64,000 nt of DNA from a candidate division WWE3 bacterium (GTDB taxonomy: Bacteria; Patescibacteriota; WWE3; UBA101185; UBA10185): the NCBI GenBank assembly GCA_052035175.1, contig JBPOHV010000001.1, forward strand, positions 459,338 to 523,337, in the 5' to 3' direction. Below the pieces are notes generated by a model. The model was not told where the DNA came from, ran no database searches, and worked only from the letters and a program-made list of their open reading frames with translations. The position numbers were made by a program, and so were the translations under genes. Numbering within the stretch: position 1 is the first letter of the stretch; each line of letters begins with the position of its first letter. Positions 9,421-17,673 of this stretch are shown here, one piece after another.

Positions 9421-10158
9421 TTAAATCGTAACATATTTTAAACGTTCGTAGTTTTTGCCTGGTTCAAGATTTGTTTCTTGCAAAAACTCTTCTTCAATAG
9501 CCTCTGGAGTTAGGGCGCTTTCATGTTTCAAAAGTGCCTTTTTCTTTTTATCCATGTATTTAGTTATTTCAAAATACAAAACATCAGGATATGTATAAGA
9601 ATCTGAGAACATAAGTTCGTGCACTGTATGTGGCGTTAAGTTATTTTCAGTAAATTGCTCTGGGAAAAATCCACGGTCGCGTGAATATGGGTAAGCTGCA
9701 TCTAGTACATTTAGCGCTGTTGCTCTGTGATCTCTATGATTAACCCAACTTGTACCTTCTGAGAAAGAGTTTATTGGATCGAATGGGTTGTGCGTTATTA
9801 TAATATCGGGTTTGAATTGTCTTATATGAAAAACAAGCTTTTTTATGTTTTCCAAACTATTTTCGTTTTCTCCGTCAGGTATACCAAGATTGAAGTTTTC
9901 GGTTTCTGGTATCCCTAGTTCGAGTCCTGCTGCGATTTGCTCTTTAAATCTTATTTCTGCAAATTCTTCTTCTGTTACATCTGTACGATCTTGATAACCT
10001 TTACCACCAGTTGTCATAACTACTAATCTTACTTTTTTACCTTCGTCAATAAGCCTTGCCACAATGCCACCGCAAATGATTTCATTATCGTCAGGATGTG
10101 CTGTGACTACGAGAATATTACTTTTGTCTTTGAATATTTGATCAAATGCGTCTGTCAT
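9421..10158 (-). CDS. PIG-L/LmbE-family N-acetylglucosaminyl deacetylase
   Basis: VVTAHPDDNEIICGG is the AHPDDE signature. Supporting motifs are HNPFD and HRDHRAT. Confidence 0.8.
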   Translation of the reverse strand: MTDAFDQIFKDKSNILVVTAHPDDNEIICGGIVARLIDEGKKVRLVVMTTGGKGYQDRTDVTEEEFAEIRFKEQIAAGLELGIPETENFNLGIPDGENENSLENIKKLVFHIRQFKPDIIITHNPFDPINSFSEGTSWVNHRDHRATALNVLDAAYPYSRDRGFFPEQFTENNLTPHTVHELMFSDSYTYPDVLYFEITKYMDKKKKALLKHESALTPEAIEEEFLQETNLEPGKNYERLKYVTI

Positions 10159-10212
10159 AGAATTTATATTAATCCTTGAAATCTGCAGTGATTATAAATT
10201 ATTCGTGGTTTT

Positions 10213-10252
10213 TATTCCAGAGATTAAAAATACCCAACTGTATTTAATAGTT
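10213..10252 (-). terminator. Intrinsic terminator downstream of the 10258..10575 gene
   Basis: On the minus strand: atacccaact attaaatac agttgggtat followed by a T-run. Confidence 0.55.
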
Positions 10253-10257
10253 GGGTA

Positions 10258-10575
10258 TCATTTTGTGAGGTGATTGTTAATTGTTCTAAGTTCTGTTAAG
10301 AACTCTATTAACCAATCATCCCCTATGGCGGTTTTTTCCGGGTATACTGCTTGGAGTAGAAATTCCATTTTCTTGGTGAGTCGATTACCTACTGCCAAAG
10401 TTTTACCTCGATATGTGACGAGAATTACTTCTCGCCACTGTTTGCGCGGCGCTCTGTTATGCCCCCGCGACTTACTGACGAACTCTGTCAGCACAACCCC
10501 TTGCTTTACCAAGGGATTTTCTTTTTGGAGCTCGCGTTCTATCTCCTCAAGGATTTCTTGTTCCCAAGTTTCCAT
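10258..10575 (-). CDS. Hypothetical small protein
   Basis: Intact 105-aa ORF, followed by the terminator above. No motif recognised. Confidence 0.4.
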   Translation of the reverse strand: METWEQEILEEIERELQKENPLVKQGVVLTEFVSKSRGHNRAPRKQWREVILVTYRGKTLAVGNRLTKKMEFLLQAVYPEKTAIGDDWLIEFLTELRTINNHLTK

Positions 10576-10676
10576 GTGTCTCCTTTTTTAAATTTTAGTT
10601 TATAGGTTATCAGATTTGATGTAAATAGGTTACATCTTAACTTTTGTATGTGTAGCTTTTATCGTATAGTGGTGTT

Positions 10677-11204
10677 ATGAAAACTTGTGTTATAGGTCCT
10701 TCTGGCGGCGGAAAAACTTATTTAGCTACTAAATTATCCGAAAAATTGGGAATTTCACACATAAACTTGGACTATGTTTTTTATAAGCACGTTGTAGCTA
10801 AAAAGCGTGAAGCAATTCCAGAAGTTGAGTGGAAAGCAAATTTGGCTACTATTATTTCACAAAGTTCATGGATAATTGAAGGTGTAAACCCTATAAAAGA
10901 AGTTTTTGATGCTGCAGATAGTATTGTTTATTTAAGACCATCAGTTATTTTCGCTTTGTATAGACAGTGGAAAAGATATTTTACTGACCCAAAGCAAAGA
11001 AGAGAGCATGGTTTTAAGAATAATTTACTGCTGTCAAAGTATTTGATTATGCAATATATAGAAGAGCCTGATGCTACAAAAATGGATGATCCTAAATATT
11101 CACGCGTGAAGAAGTTGGATAAAGTATTACAAGGTTATGGTGATAAAGTGATTGTTTTAAAAACTAAATCCGACGTGGCTAGCTATCTGGCTAGTATGCA
11201 TTAG
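10677..11204 (+). CDS. P-loop NTPase (adenylate-kinase/FlaR-like AAA domain protein)
   Basis: Walker A GPSGGGKTYLATKL near the N-terminus, small size, and kinase-like fold cues. Confidence 0.65.
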   Translation: MKTCVIGPSGGGKTYLATKLSEKLGISHINLDYVFYKHVVAKKREAIPEVEWKANLATIISQSSWIIEGVNPIKEVFDAADSIVYLRPSVIFALYRQWKRYFTDPKQRREHGFKNNLLLSKYLIMQYIEEPDATKMDDPKYSRVKKLDKVLQGYGDKVIVLKTKSDVASYLASMH

Positions 11205-11307
11205 TATTTTGTGTGGATTCCTTATAATGGGTCAGGTATGGTTTCACACCAAGAACTATGGTGTAGTTATAACCTGGTTTTGGTGTGTGCGGATATAGAT
11301 AGGGATG

Positions 11308-12006
11308 TTAAGGGTTACTAGTATGTTGCGATTTGAAATAGCTAACTACTTCTTCCTGAAAAGCCCGCATTGATTTGTATCCTAAGTCCCACGAATCCTT
11401 TGCACTTCTAGCGTATATGTAGTCTTTACCATTTTTTGAATAATCTTTATATTTGTGAATTTTGAATTTTCCACCTGAGGGGTCAACAGTAATCCACCTA
11501 CCCTCATTTTCTAAATAAACATCAATAAATATATGTCCTTGCATTGGCGGTGTTTCTGGATTGCCTATTTCAAAAGAAGCCGCCTCGTGTTCGCACCATT
11601 CCTTCTGCAAGGTTTCCGTATATACGCAAGGTATGCCTTTGGCTAGTAATAATGCTCTGACAACATGACCAGTTTCAATACACCCGCTTATATTTCTAGT
11701 TCTCATTCTATCCGGCAATAGATTACTTTCATCTAACAGTTCATCGGCGGTTCTTAGTCTTTTATCAATTTTTAGATTCGGTTGTTGTTGGTATAGTTGT
11801 AGTAAGTCTTCTCTTGAAGGAATCATAGTCATAACAAAGTCGCATACTTCCAAAGTAAGTTTTTCTCCTTGGACTTCGTGTTTAGGATCTATTTCTTTTG
11901 CTACTGCTTTAACTTTTTCTGTTACTAATGTTTGTTCCCCTTGTTTTCTAGCAAGTTCTAGAAGCGTGTCTTCTGATTGTATATCGTTGTTTTTTAGGTA
12001 TGTCAT
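11308..12006 (-). CDS. Transglutaminase-like (Cys-His-Asp) superfamily protein
   Basis: GCIETGHVVRALLLAKGIP (catalytic Cys context), then GHIFIDVY and WITVDPSGG (His/Asp). Confidence 0.65.
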   Translation of the reverse strand: MTYLKNNDIQSEDTLLELARKQGEQTLVTEKVKAVAKEIDPKHEVQGEKLTLEVCDFVMTMIPSREDLLQLYQQQPNLKIDKRLRTADELLDESNLLPDRMRTRNISGCIETGHVVRALLLAKGIPCVYTETLQKEWCEHEAASFEIGNPETPPMQGHIFIDVYLENEGRWITVDPSGGKFKIHKYKDYSKNGKDYIYARSAKDSWDLGYKSMRAFQEEVVSYFKSQHTSNP

Positions 12007-12090
12007 AAATTAAATTATAGATATAAAAGTTGTTTTAAAAATAGTATGAGATGTTGGCTGACTATAATGTTGTTGTGACGGGAAAATATT

Positions 12091-12165
12091 TGGTGAGGGC
12101 GGTGGGGATCGGACCCACGACACGCGGCTTAAAAGGCCGCTGCTCTACCACTGAGCTACGCCCCC
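12091..12165 (-). tRNA. tRNA-Lys (anticodon UUU) with encoded CCA
   Basis: The minus strand reads GGGGGCG TA GCTC AGTGGTA GAGC A GCGGC CTTTTAA GCCGC ... GTGGG TCCGATC CCCAC CGCCCTC A CCA. The cloverleaf folds with one G-U pair in the acceptor stem. The T-loop reads UCC rather than UUC as transcribed here. Confidence 0.8.
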
Positions 12166-12194
12166 AAACTGAATATATTCAAATGTCAAAAGCA

Positions 12195-12226
12195 AAAGGC
12201 CGATGCTCTACCACTGAGCATTAGTC
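12195..12226 (-). other. Partial tRNA-like duplicate (D-arm plus 5' half of the anticodon stem) 30 nt upstream of tRNA-Lys on the same strand
   Basis: GCTCAGTGGTAGAGCAtCGGCCTTTT matches the tRNA-Lys 5' half at 25 of 27 positions. It lacks a T-arm and the 3' acceptor strand. Confidence 0.4.
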
Positions 12227-12311
12227 ACGCTTAGCGGGACGCTGGCGAGCATGATTTACATGCGAGACAGACACCCCCTCACTAATGGGGCGATGCCCCA
12301 AACTCCATGGA

Positions 12312-12340
12312 ATTATACATAATTTACCCGTGGTTTACAA
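12312..12340 (-). promoter_or_regulatory. Near-consensus sigma70 promoter (TTGTAA, 17-bp spacer, TATAAT) reading toward the tRNA-Lys region
   Basis: The minus strand reads ttgtaaaccacgggtaaattatgTATAATtcc. It would give a ~130-nt leader containing a GC hairpin (GGGGCATCGCCCC) before the partial tRNA copy and tRNA-Lys. Confidence 0.4.
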
Positions 12341-12370
12341 AGGTTTAGCACTGCCAGTACAATAGTACAT

Positions 12371-13537
12371 ATGTCACTAAGCATTTATCCAGAACATTAC
12401 TCAAACTTTGAAGATCAGCAAGAGACAGGCAAAAAGACTTACATACTACCAATTCCTAGTGGGGGATCTATAGAAATAACAGCAGCTCAAGAAAAAGGCA
12501 CGATGAAACAAGGTCTATACAGCGTTGTCTACCCATTGGACGATAACAGAGTAGCCAAATTGAGCCATTTGGGGGTTACAGATATGGCTGGTGGATCTAT
12601 AGAAATAGATGGTCCAGAATTGGGAGACCGTTTGCAAGAAGTTTCAGAGTCTTCTGATAAGTCTGCAGCTGATTTAGCAAGGCGCAAAGCTTGGGTGAAG
12701 ATGCTAGAGGTAGCCAATCACAAGCAAGATATTCATGAATATCTAGAGCATTACGTGCATGGGTTTTTACTAGACCGTGACCTTATGACGATTGTTGACT
12801 CTCCAAGGAAAGCTTTGGATAAAATCTTACAATCATTTCCTGAAGGCGCGTATATTGATAAGCGTGTGCCTGATCACGAAATAAGCGTTTTGGAGATAGT
12901 TGAGAAGATTAGATTTAGTTTTTCCGATTTACCATTTGAAGGGTTGCAAGTCGCTTACGAGCGCCCATCGATTAAGCCTCAACTTAAGCAATTTTCTACA
13001 GGCGCATTACATTCTATTTTACAAGGTGGTCAGATGCTAGATATATCAGATTCAAATGGTGTGAGGTTGGTTTTTAAAGATGGCAGTGACCCTGTAGATA
13101 CTACGAATATCGAAACACTCTTAGGAGTTTTGACTGGCGAAATAACAGATATTATGCCTGTACCCAAAAATGTCGGGGTTACAAAAGATAAGCAAAATCC
13201 TAGACTAGTTTTGTACGATGAAGACCCTCTTCACGAAATAATAAATACGCCTATGCACGGTTTTGCACACGAAATAGCAAATTTGATACGTAACCAAGAT
13301 TATCAAGGAATAAAAGATATGTTTGATGCAGATGAGATTGTAGAAAGACCAACAAAGTCCAATGAAACTGGTAGAGTAATAAGTAAAAAACCTGACGATC
13401 GCTTGTTGCAGGCTAAATTGGCCATAACTAATCATTTATTATTACTGAAATACCTAGGGGCTGATTTTGATGAAGATTACACTTTTGATGCTACGACAAC
13501 CCATCTTTTGAGGTCTAGAAAGCCTACACACGTATAA
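12371..13537 (+). CDS. Hypothetical protein
   Basis: Intact 388-aa ORF. Its 3' end overlaps the convergent sortase gene by ~60 nt. No motif recognised. Confidence 0.45.
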   Translation: MSLSIYPEHYSNFEDQQETGKKTYILPIPSGGSIEITAAQEKGTMKQGLYSVVYPLDDNRVAKLSHLGVTDMAGGSIEIDGPELGDRLQEVSESSDKSAADLARRKAWVKMLEVANHKQDIHEYLEHYVHGFLLDRDLMTIVDSPRKALDKILQSFPEGAYIDKRVPDHEISVLEIVEKIRFSFSDLPFEGLQVAYERPSIKPQLKQFSTGALHSILQGGQMLDISDSNGVRLVFKDGSDPVDTTNIETLLGVLTGEITDIMPVPKNVGVTKDKQNPRLVLYDEDPLHEIINTPMHGFAHEIANLIRNQDYQGIKDMFDADEIVERPTKSNETGRVISKKPDDRLLQAKLAITNHLLLLKYLGADFDEDYTFDATTTHLLRSRKPTHV

Positions 13538-13995
13538 AGAGTAATTCTTGAGTCATCGGTCTCGTTTAGTATGTGTGTTTGATCTGGGGACACCATAAAA
13601 GTGCTAGAAATTTCAAACTTTTGAGTTGATCCATCAGAATAATCGATTTCAATATAATCGCCTTTATTTACTTTGTTTAAGCTTCCCAAAAGGTTTGGTC
13701 GATTGTGACCATAGAACACACTATTTCCTTGTGCACCTGGGATAGGCGTATTCGACAAGTATGAAACGCCATCATCTGTATATTCCCACGTATGTCCTTT
13801 GTATGTACTTGGGAAAATGTTTAGGTCGATATTTACTGCAGGTATTTTTATTCTTTTTGGTAAAACATTTTTTTGTAAAGGTGTGTTTGCTGTTTCTGCG
13901 ATTATAGGTCTATTTCTCACATAGTAAATGTTGCCAATAGTATATATTGAATACGAACAAACCAGTAAAAGGGCTATAGTAATAGCTTTTTTCAT
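13477..13995 (-). CDS. Sortase (class E/A-like transpeptidase), membrane anchored
   Basis: N-terminal TM, a His-containing VFYGHN segment, and the catalytic TLxTC box ITLYTCVGF with a downstream Arg. Confidence 0.75.
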   Translation of the reverse strand: MKKAITIALLLVCSYSIYTIGNIYYVRNRPIIAETANTPLQKNVLPKRIKIPAVNIDLNIFPSTYKGHTWEYTDDGVSYLSNTPIPGAQGNSVFYGHNRPNLLGSLNKVNKGDYIEIDYSDGSTQKFEISSTFMVSPDQTHILNETDDSRITLYTCVGFLDLKRWVVVASKV

Positions 13996-13996
13996 T

Positions 13997-14647
13997 TTAG
14001 TCTTTCTTTTTATTTTTAGAAGGTCTGTTTATATAAACACTAGTACCGAATGTGGTAGCAGCTGTTATACCAAATCCAATAATTGCTGGAGTGTCACCAG
14101 TATTTGCGAGTCCTAGTACTTGGCCACCAATGCCCAAGCGCGTTGTTGAGTAACCTGTAGCCAGTATGTCCCCGCCAAGTCCACCGCGACCACCATCATT
14201 ATCGTCATCTTCATCTTCATCGTCGTCGTTGTTGTTATCGTGGCAATCGTAAGACAAGTTCTTTGCTAGGTAAGGCTCTTCCTCAAGTCCCCAAAGTGCT
14301 CCATTTGGGATATATGTCCAACCTTGCTTTTGAAGCTCTGCAACCTCTTCTAGAGACATTTCAGACACTTTCCACCAATTGGTTTGCGTTCCGTTACCTT
14401 CATTAGGACAAAAGCATTGTACCAAGGTGTCTTGTGTAAGCGTATAGACTGCATCGCTTCCAGTTTGTTCTGAATAAACTCCAACAATGCCGTGTATACC
14501 AGAAGCATATGAGACTTTAAGTTGTCCTTGTGGATTTTCGCAATCTGCAAAAGTAGGTTCTGATATCTCAGAAGCGTTGGTTATTTGAGTTACAGCAAGA
14601 GAAGCTATTAAAATAAATGTTGCTACAAAGAGCCTGCCTTTTTTCAT
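13997..14647 (-). CDS. Sortase-substrate surface protein with a C-terminal LANTG sorting signal (ORF-track start 14701; MKKGRLF signal-peptide start at 14647 is likely)
   Basis: The C-terminus reads LANTG, then a hydrophobic segment TPAIIGFGITAATTFGTSVYI, then a basic tail NRPSKNKKKD. There is an internal D/E-rich run DNNNDDDEDEDDDND. It lies immediately upstream of, and is co-oriented with, the sortase. Confidence 0.65.
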   Translation of the reverse strand: MKKGRLFVATFILIASLAVTQITNASEISEPTFADCENPQGQLKVSYASGIHGIVGVYSEQTGSDAVYTLTQDTLVQCFCPNEGNGTQTNWWKVSEMSLEEVAELQKQGWTYIPNGALWGLEEEPYLAKNLSYDCHDNNNDDDEDEDDDNDGGRGGLGGDILATGYSTTRLGIGGQVLGLANTGDTPAIIGFGITAATTFGTSVYINRPSKNKKKD

Positions 14648-14737
14648 ATAAAACATTGGCAGGTTGGGGCAGATAGTACCACAATGACCTATAAAGATCA
14701 ACTATAAGGAAGGCAGCACATACTTGGTTTGATATAG

Positions 14738-15982
14738 TTAGTTATTTGTGAAGTAATCGATAAGTGAGATTAACTTTTCGTGAAGTTTGTATAATAGGTT
14801 CTTTTTTTGCTTTATTAATTCGATTGTTATGTCTGCTTGTTCTGTTGTTGGAATATTTATACTTTTGTCGAAATAACCATCTGCCTTTATATCTACTTTT
14901 GTTGTGTTCTCTATGTATGTTATTTCAAACTTACCTGTATCGTTTGCAATAAATAATTTATTTCCAACATACAATTTGGCAAACGGTACACTTTTGCCCA
15001 AACTATTTATTATCTGACCTGTTAATACTTTTGGCGTGTAAAATTTTGTTAGCGTCGTCACAGCTTTTCGCGGTGTGCTATCTGGTTCCCATAATGCCGT
15101 AGAACTATCTATGTTTGACCAATAATTCATTCCAATAACGTTGTTGTTGTTCATCAATAAACTTAGTGCTTTTTCTAACCAGTCTTGTTGTTCCTGCTGT
15201 GTAAATTCTCCGTGTATGTCTGGAATTGGCGCGCCAAATTCTCCCAATATAATTTTTCCTCCACTTGATATCGCCAATTGTGTTAAATCGGCCGAAAGCT
15301 TTTCTGGAGTTTCAACGTAATGATCGACTGCTACTATTCCATCTAGTGCTTTTGTTGTTGGTTTATCCATTGTAGCTAAAGCAACATCGCCATTCATAGA
15401 TAAATAATTAGACGCGACATTTTTGTTTATTTTTTTGAACGCTGCTTTTGTAATCTTATATTCTTGTATCAAAAAATCTCGATGACCTTGTATATCACCT
15501 GTATGCCTTGGATCTCCAGGCCCGCCATTCTCACATTCTGGACATGCCGAAAAGACATCTCCATCTTCAAAAAGATCTTGATGTGACAAAATAAATTGTT
15601 CAGTCATTTCCAAATGCGTTTCGCGCGTTATACGTGGGTATTTGAACCATCCTTCCCAGCCGCTCCAGTTACCACGAAACCAAACATGCAAGTTATACTT
15701 TCTGGCTGTAGCAACCCATCTTTTTAAGAATGGTAGAAACTCTTCGTCATAAGGTGTCGCAATACCAATATGCGTAGCGCCAGTTTTTGCTATTTCATTT
15801 ACTTGTTGATCTATTATTGCGTCAAAAGTTGGATTGTCTAGTTTTTCGCGCGCTTTATCTCGAGAATATTTCATAGTATCAATTGATTGAAAGTCCCAAA
15901 GTGATTTTGCGGATATATGATGTGGTATCAAACTAATACACACAAATATTAATACAGAAAATAATTTTTTAGTGTTTTTCAT
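14738..15982 (-). CDS. Secreted TIM-barrel glycoside hydrolase (GH5/GH113-like)
   Basis: Signal peptide, then CPECENGG (acid/base-like) and ILGEFGAP (nucleophile-like GEFG) motifs. Confidence 0.5.
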   Translation of the reverse strand: MKNTKKLFSVLIFVCISLIPHHISAKSLWDFQSIDTMKYSRDKAREKLDNPTFDAIIDQQVNEIAKTGATHIGIATPYDEEFLPFLKRWVATARKYNLHVWFRGNWSGWEGWFKYPRITRETHLEMTEQFILSHQDLFEDGDVFSACPECENGGPGDPRHTGDIQGHRDFLIQEYKITKAAFKKINKNVASNYLSMNGDVALATMDKPTTKALDGIVAVDHYVETPEKLSADLTQLAISSGGKIILGEFGAPIPDIHGEFTQQEQQDWLEKALSLLMNNNNVIGMNYWSNIDSSTALWEPDSTPRKAVTTLTKFYTPKVLTGQIINSLGKSVPFAKLYVGNKLFIANDTGKFEITYIENTTKVDIKADGYFDKSINIPTTEQADITIELIKQKKNLLYKLHEKLISLIDYFTNN

Positions 15983-17673
15983 TTTTGATTGTTAAATGTA
16001 GCATCTGTATTTAGTTGACCAATATATTCTGGTTTTATTTCATAAATATCTGCAAAAGGGAATTTACCAACCAAATTATATTTTTCTAGACCTGTTGTTT
16101 CTTTTACTGCTTTCCATGTCAGGTCGTTATCGTCATATGTCCTCATGATAATCCAACGTGCCCACCTATCTGGTAAGGCTGTAGCGCTTTGCCAGTATAA
16201 GCCAGTACCTTCATGTATAAACCGTTTCATAGGCAAACCAGATGAAAATATAATTGCGTCGTGCGAAGCTGCTGATATTAAAACAAAGCCTTTTTCGTTT
16301 AATGCATGGTCATACAACCAACCACTTACTTCAGAGACATTTTTTTGGCTAGATCCAACTCGTGCATCGTCTATCGTTACCGCGTCAAAACTTACAAATT
16401 GAAAAAACGTAACTAAAAAGAGCAAGCCAGCTATTGCTATTCGCATGTTTACTGCTTTATCAAATAAGTATCCAATGAAAATAGCAATAGCTGGCATAAG
16501 CATTATTCCGTATCTTACATTAAACCAAGTATCACCAGATAAGCCTTGTATAAACAAAACAGAGTGCCCCATGTATAAAGCTAATATATTAAAAAAGAAT
16601 GGAGCTATAAGTGCTGTTGAAGCATACTTAACATACTTGGTTATTCTTTTATCAAACCATGAGTATACCAATCCTAATACTCCCAAGATTACGTGCATAG
16701 CCCCAGAGTTGTAGACTAACGCGTATATATAGAACTTTACAGATAACCATAAGTTATGCTTGGTTTGCAATACTCCTGCGTTTTGTAGTTGGTCTTGTTG
16801 TGCTTTGGCTGAAAATGGTCCAAAAGCAAAATATAGCGGGTCTTTAAATATCAAAGCGTTCCACAATAACCATAGCATTATGCCAAAAGAAGCGAGCGTA
16901 CCGAACAAAACCAAAGTTCCTTCAGTTTGGAAATAATTGTTTTTTAATTGGTGAAAAACCCTTTGTAATCTTTGTTTAAGTGGTGCATGTTCTATGTCGG
17001 CATATTTGAAAAGAGTATGTATTGCTACCAAAGCACAACCCCACGCAAGCAAAAACCAACCATCATATCTAGCTAATGTAGAAAACATTATCCACATAGC
17101 AGACTTAATTAAATGCAAGATCTTGTCATTTTTATGCCAAAGCATCAACTCGTATGCTGCTATTGTCATAGTCGCAATTAATAACAATTCGGTCATAGCG
17201 GTTGATTGCAGATAAAGTACATTTAAATTCGTCACCCATACGATTACGCCTGCAAGCTTTCCGACCATGCTTATATTCAAAGCATCTAGATATTTGTAGA
17301 TAATCATGCCTGTGACAACAAAAGAAATCATCGAGATGATTGCTCCTGCCAACCCAGAGTGCCACATAAAATCATTCCAGATTGTAGGTACCATTAGTAA
17401 ATGTGGTAACGGTAGCCAGACAGACCCCAACTGCGCAAGTCCTGGTTTCAAACCTTCTACTACGCGCCTACCAATATCCAAGTGTGAGCGAGCATCATTA
17501 TAAGCGAGACCTAAATGGTTGTTGTAATAATATATAAATTGAGAAATGGATATCGTAGAGAGTGCGATAAACAAAAATATAGAAATGTGTTTTTGCAAAA
17601 AATATACTAGCCGGTCAAACCAGTTTGTGGGGATATTGAGGCTAATAATGTATTTCTCGTGTTCATTTCTCAT
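15979..17673 (-). CDS. Polytopic membrane protein, GT-C-fold glycosyltransferase-like (ArnT/PMT-like), with a C-terminal soluble domain
   Basis: At least 10 predicted TM helices followed by a ~150-aa hydrophilic tail. Paralogous architecture to the next gene. Confidence 0.45.
   Translation of the reverse strand: MRNEHEKYIISLNIPTNWFDRLVYFLQKHISIFLFIALSTISISQFIYYYNNHLGLAYNDARSHLDIGRRVVEGLKPGLAQLGSVWLPLPHLLMVPTIWNDFMWHSGLAGAIISMISFVVTGMIIYKYLDALNISMVGKLAGVIVWVTNLNVLYLQSTAMTELLLIATMTIAAYELMLWHKNDKILHLIKSAMWIMFSTLARYDGWFLLAWGCALVAIHTLFKYADIEHAPLKQRLQRVFHQLKNNYFQTEGTLVLFGTLASFGIMLWLLWNALIFKDPLYFAFGPFSAKAQQDQLQNAGVLQTKHNLWLSVKFYIYALVYNSGAMHVILGVLGLVYSWFDKRITKYVKYASTALIAPFFFNILALYMGHSVLFIQGLSGDTWFNVRYGIMLMPAIAIFIGYLFDKAVNMRIAIAGLLFLVTFFQFVSFDAVTIDDARVGSSQKNVSEVSGWLYDHALNEKGFVLISAASHDAIIFSSGLPMKRFIHEGTGLYWQSATALPDRWARWIIMRTYDDNDLTWKAVKETTGLEKYNLVGKFPFADIYEIKPEYIGQLNTDATFNNQK

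Noticed and set aside
12166-12300. Possibility that the tRNA-like segment upstream of tRNA-Lys is a second functional tRNA, a tmRNA or an RNase P RNA
   Set aside because: No T-arm, no 3' acceptor strand and no conserved tmRNA or RNase P motifs could be found. Only the D-arm and half of the anticodon stem are present.
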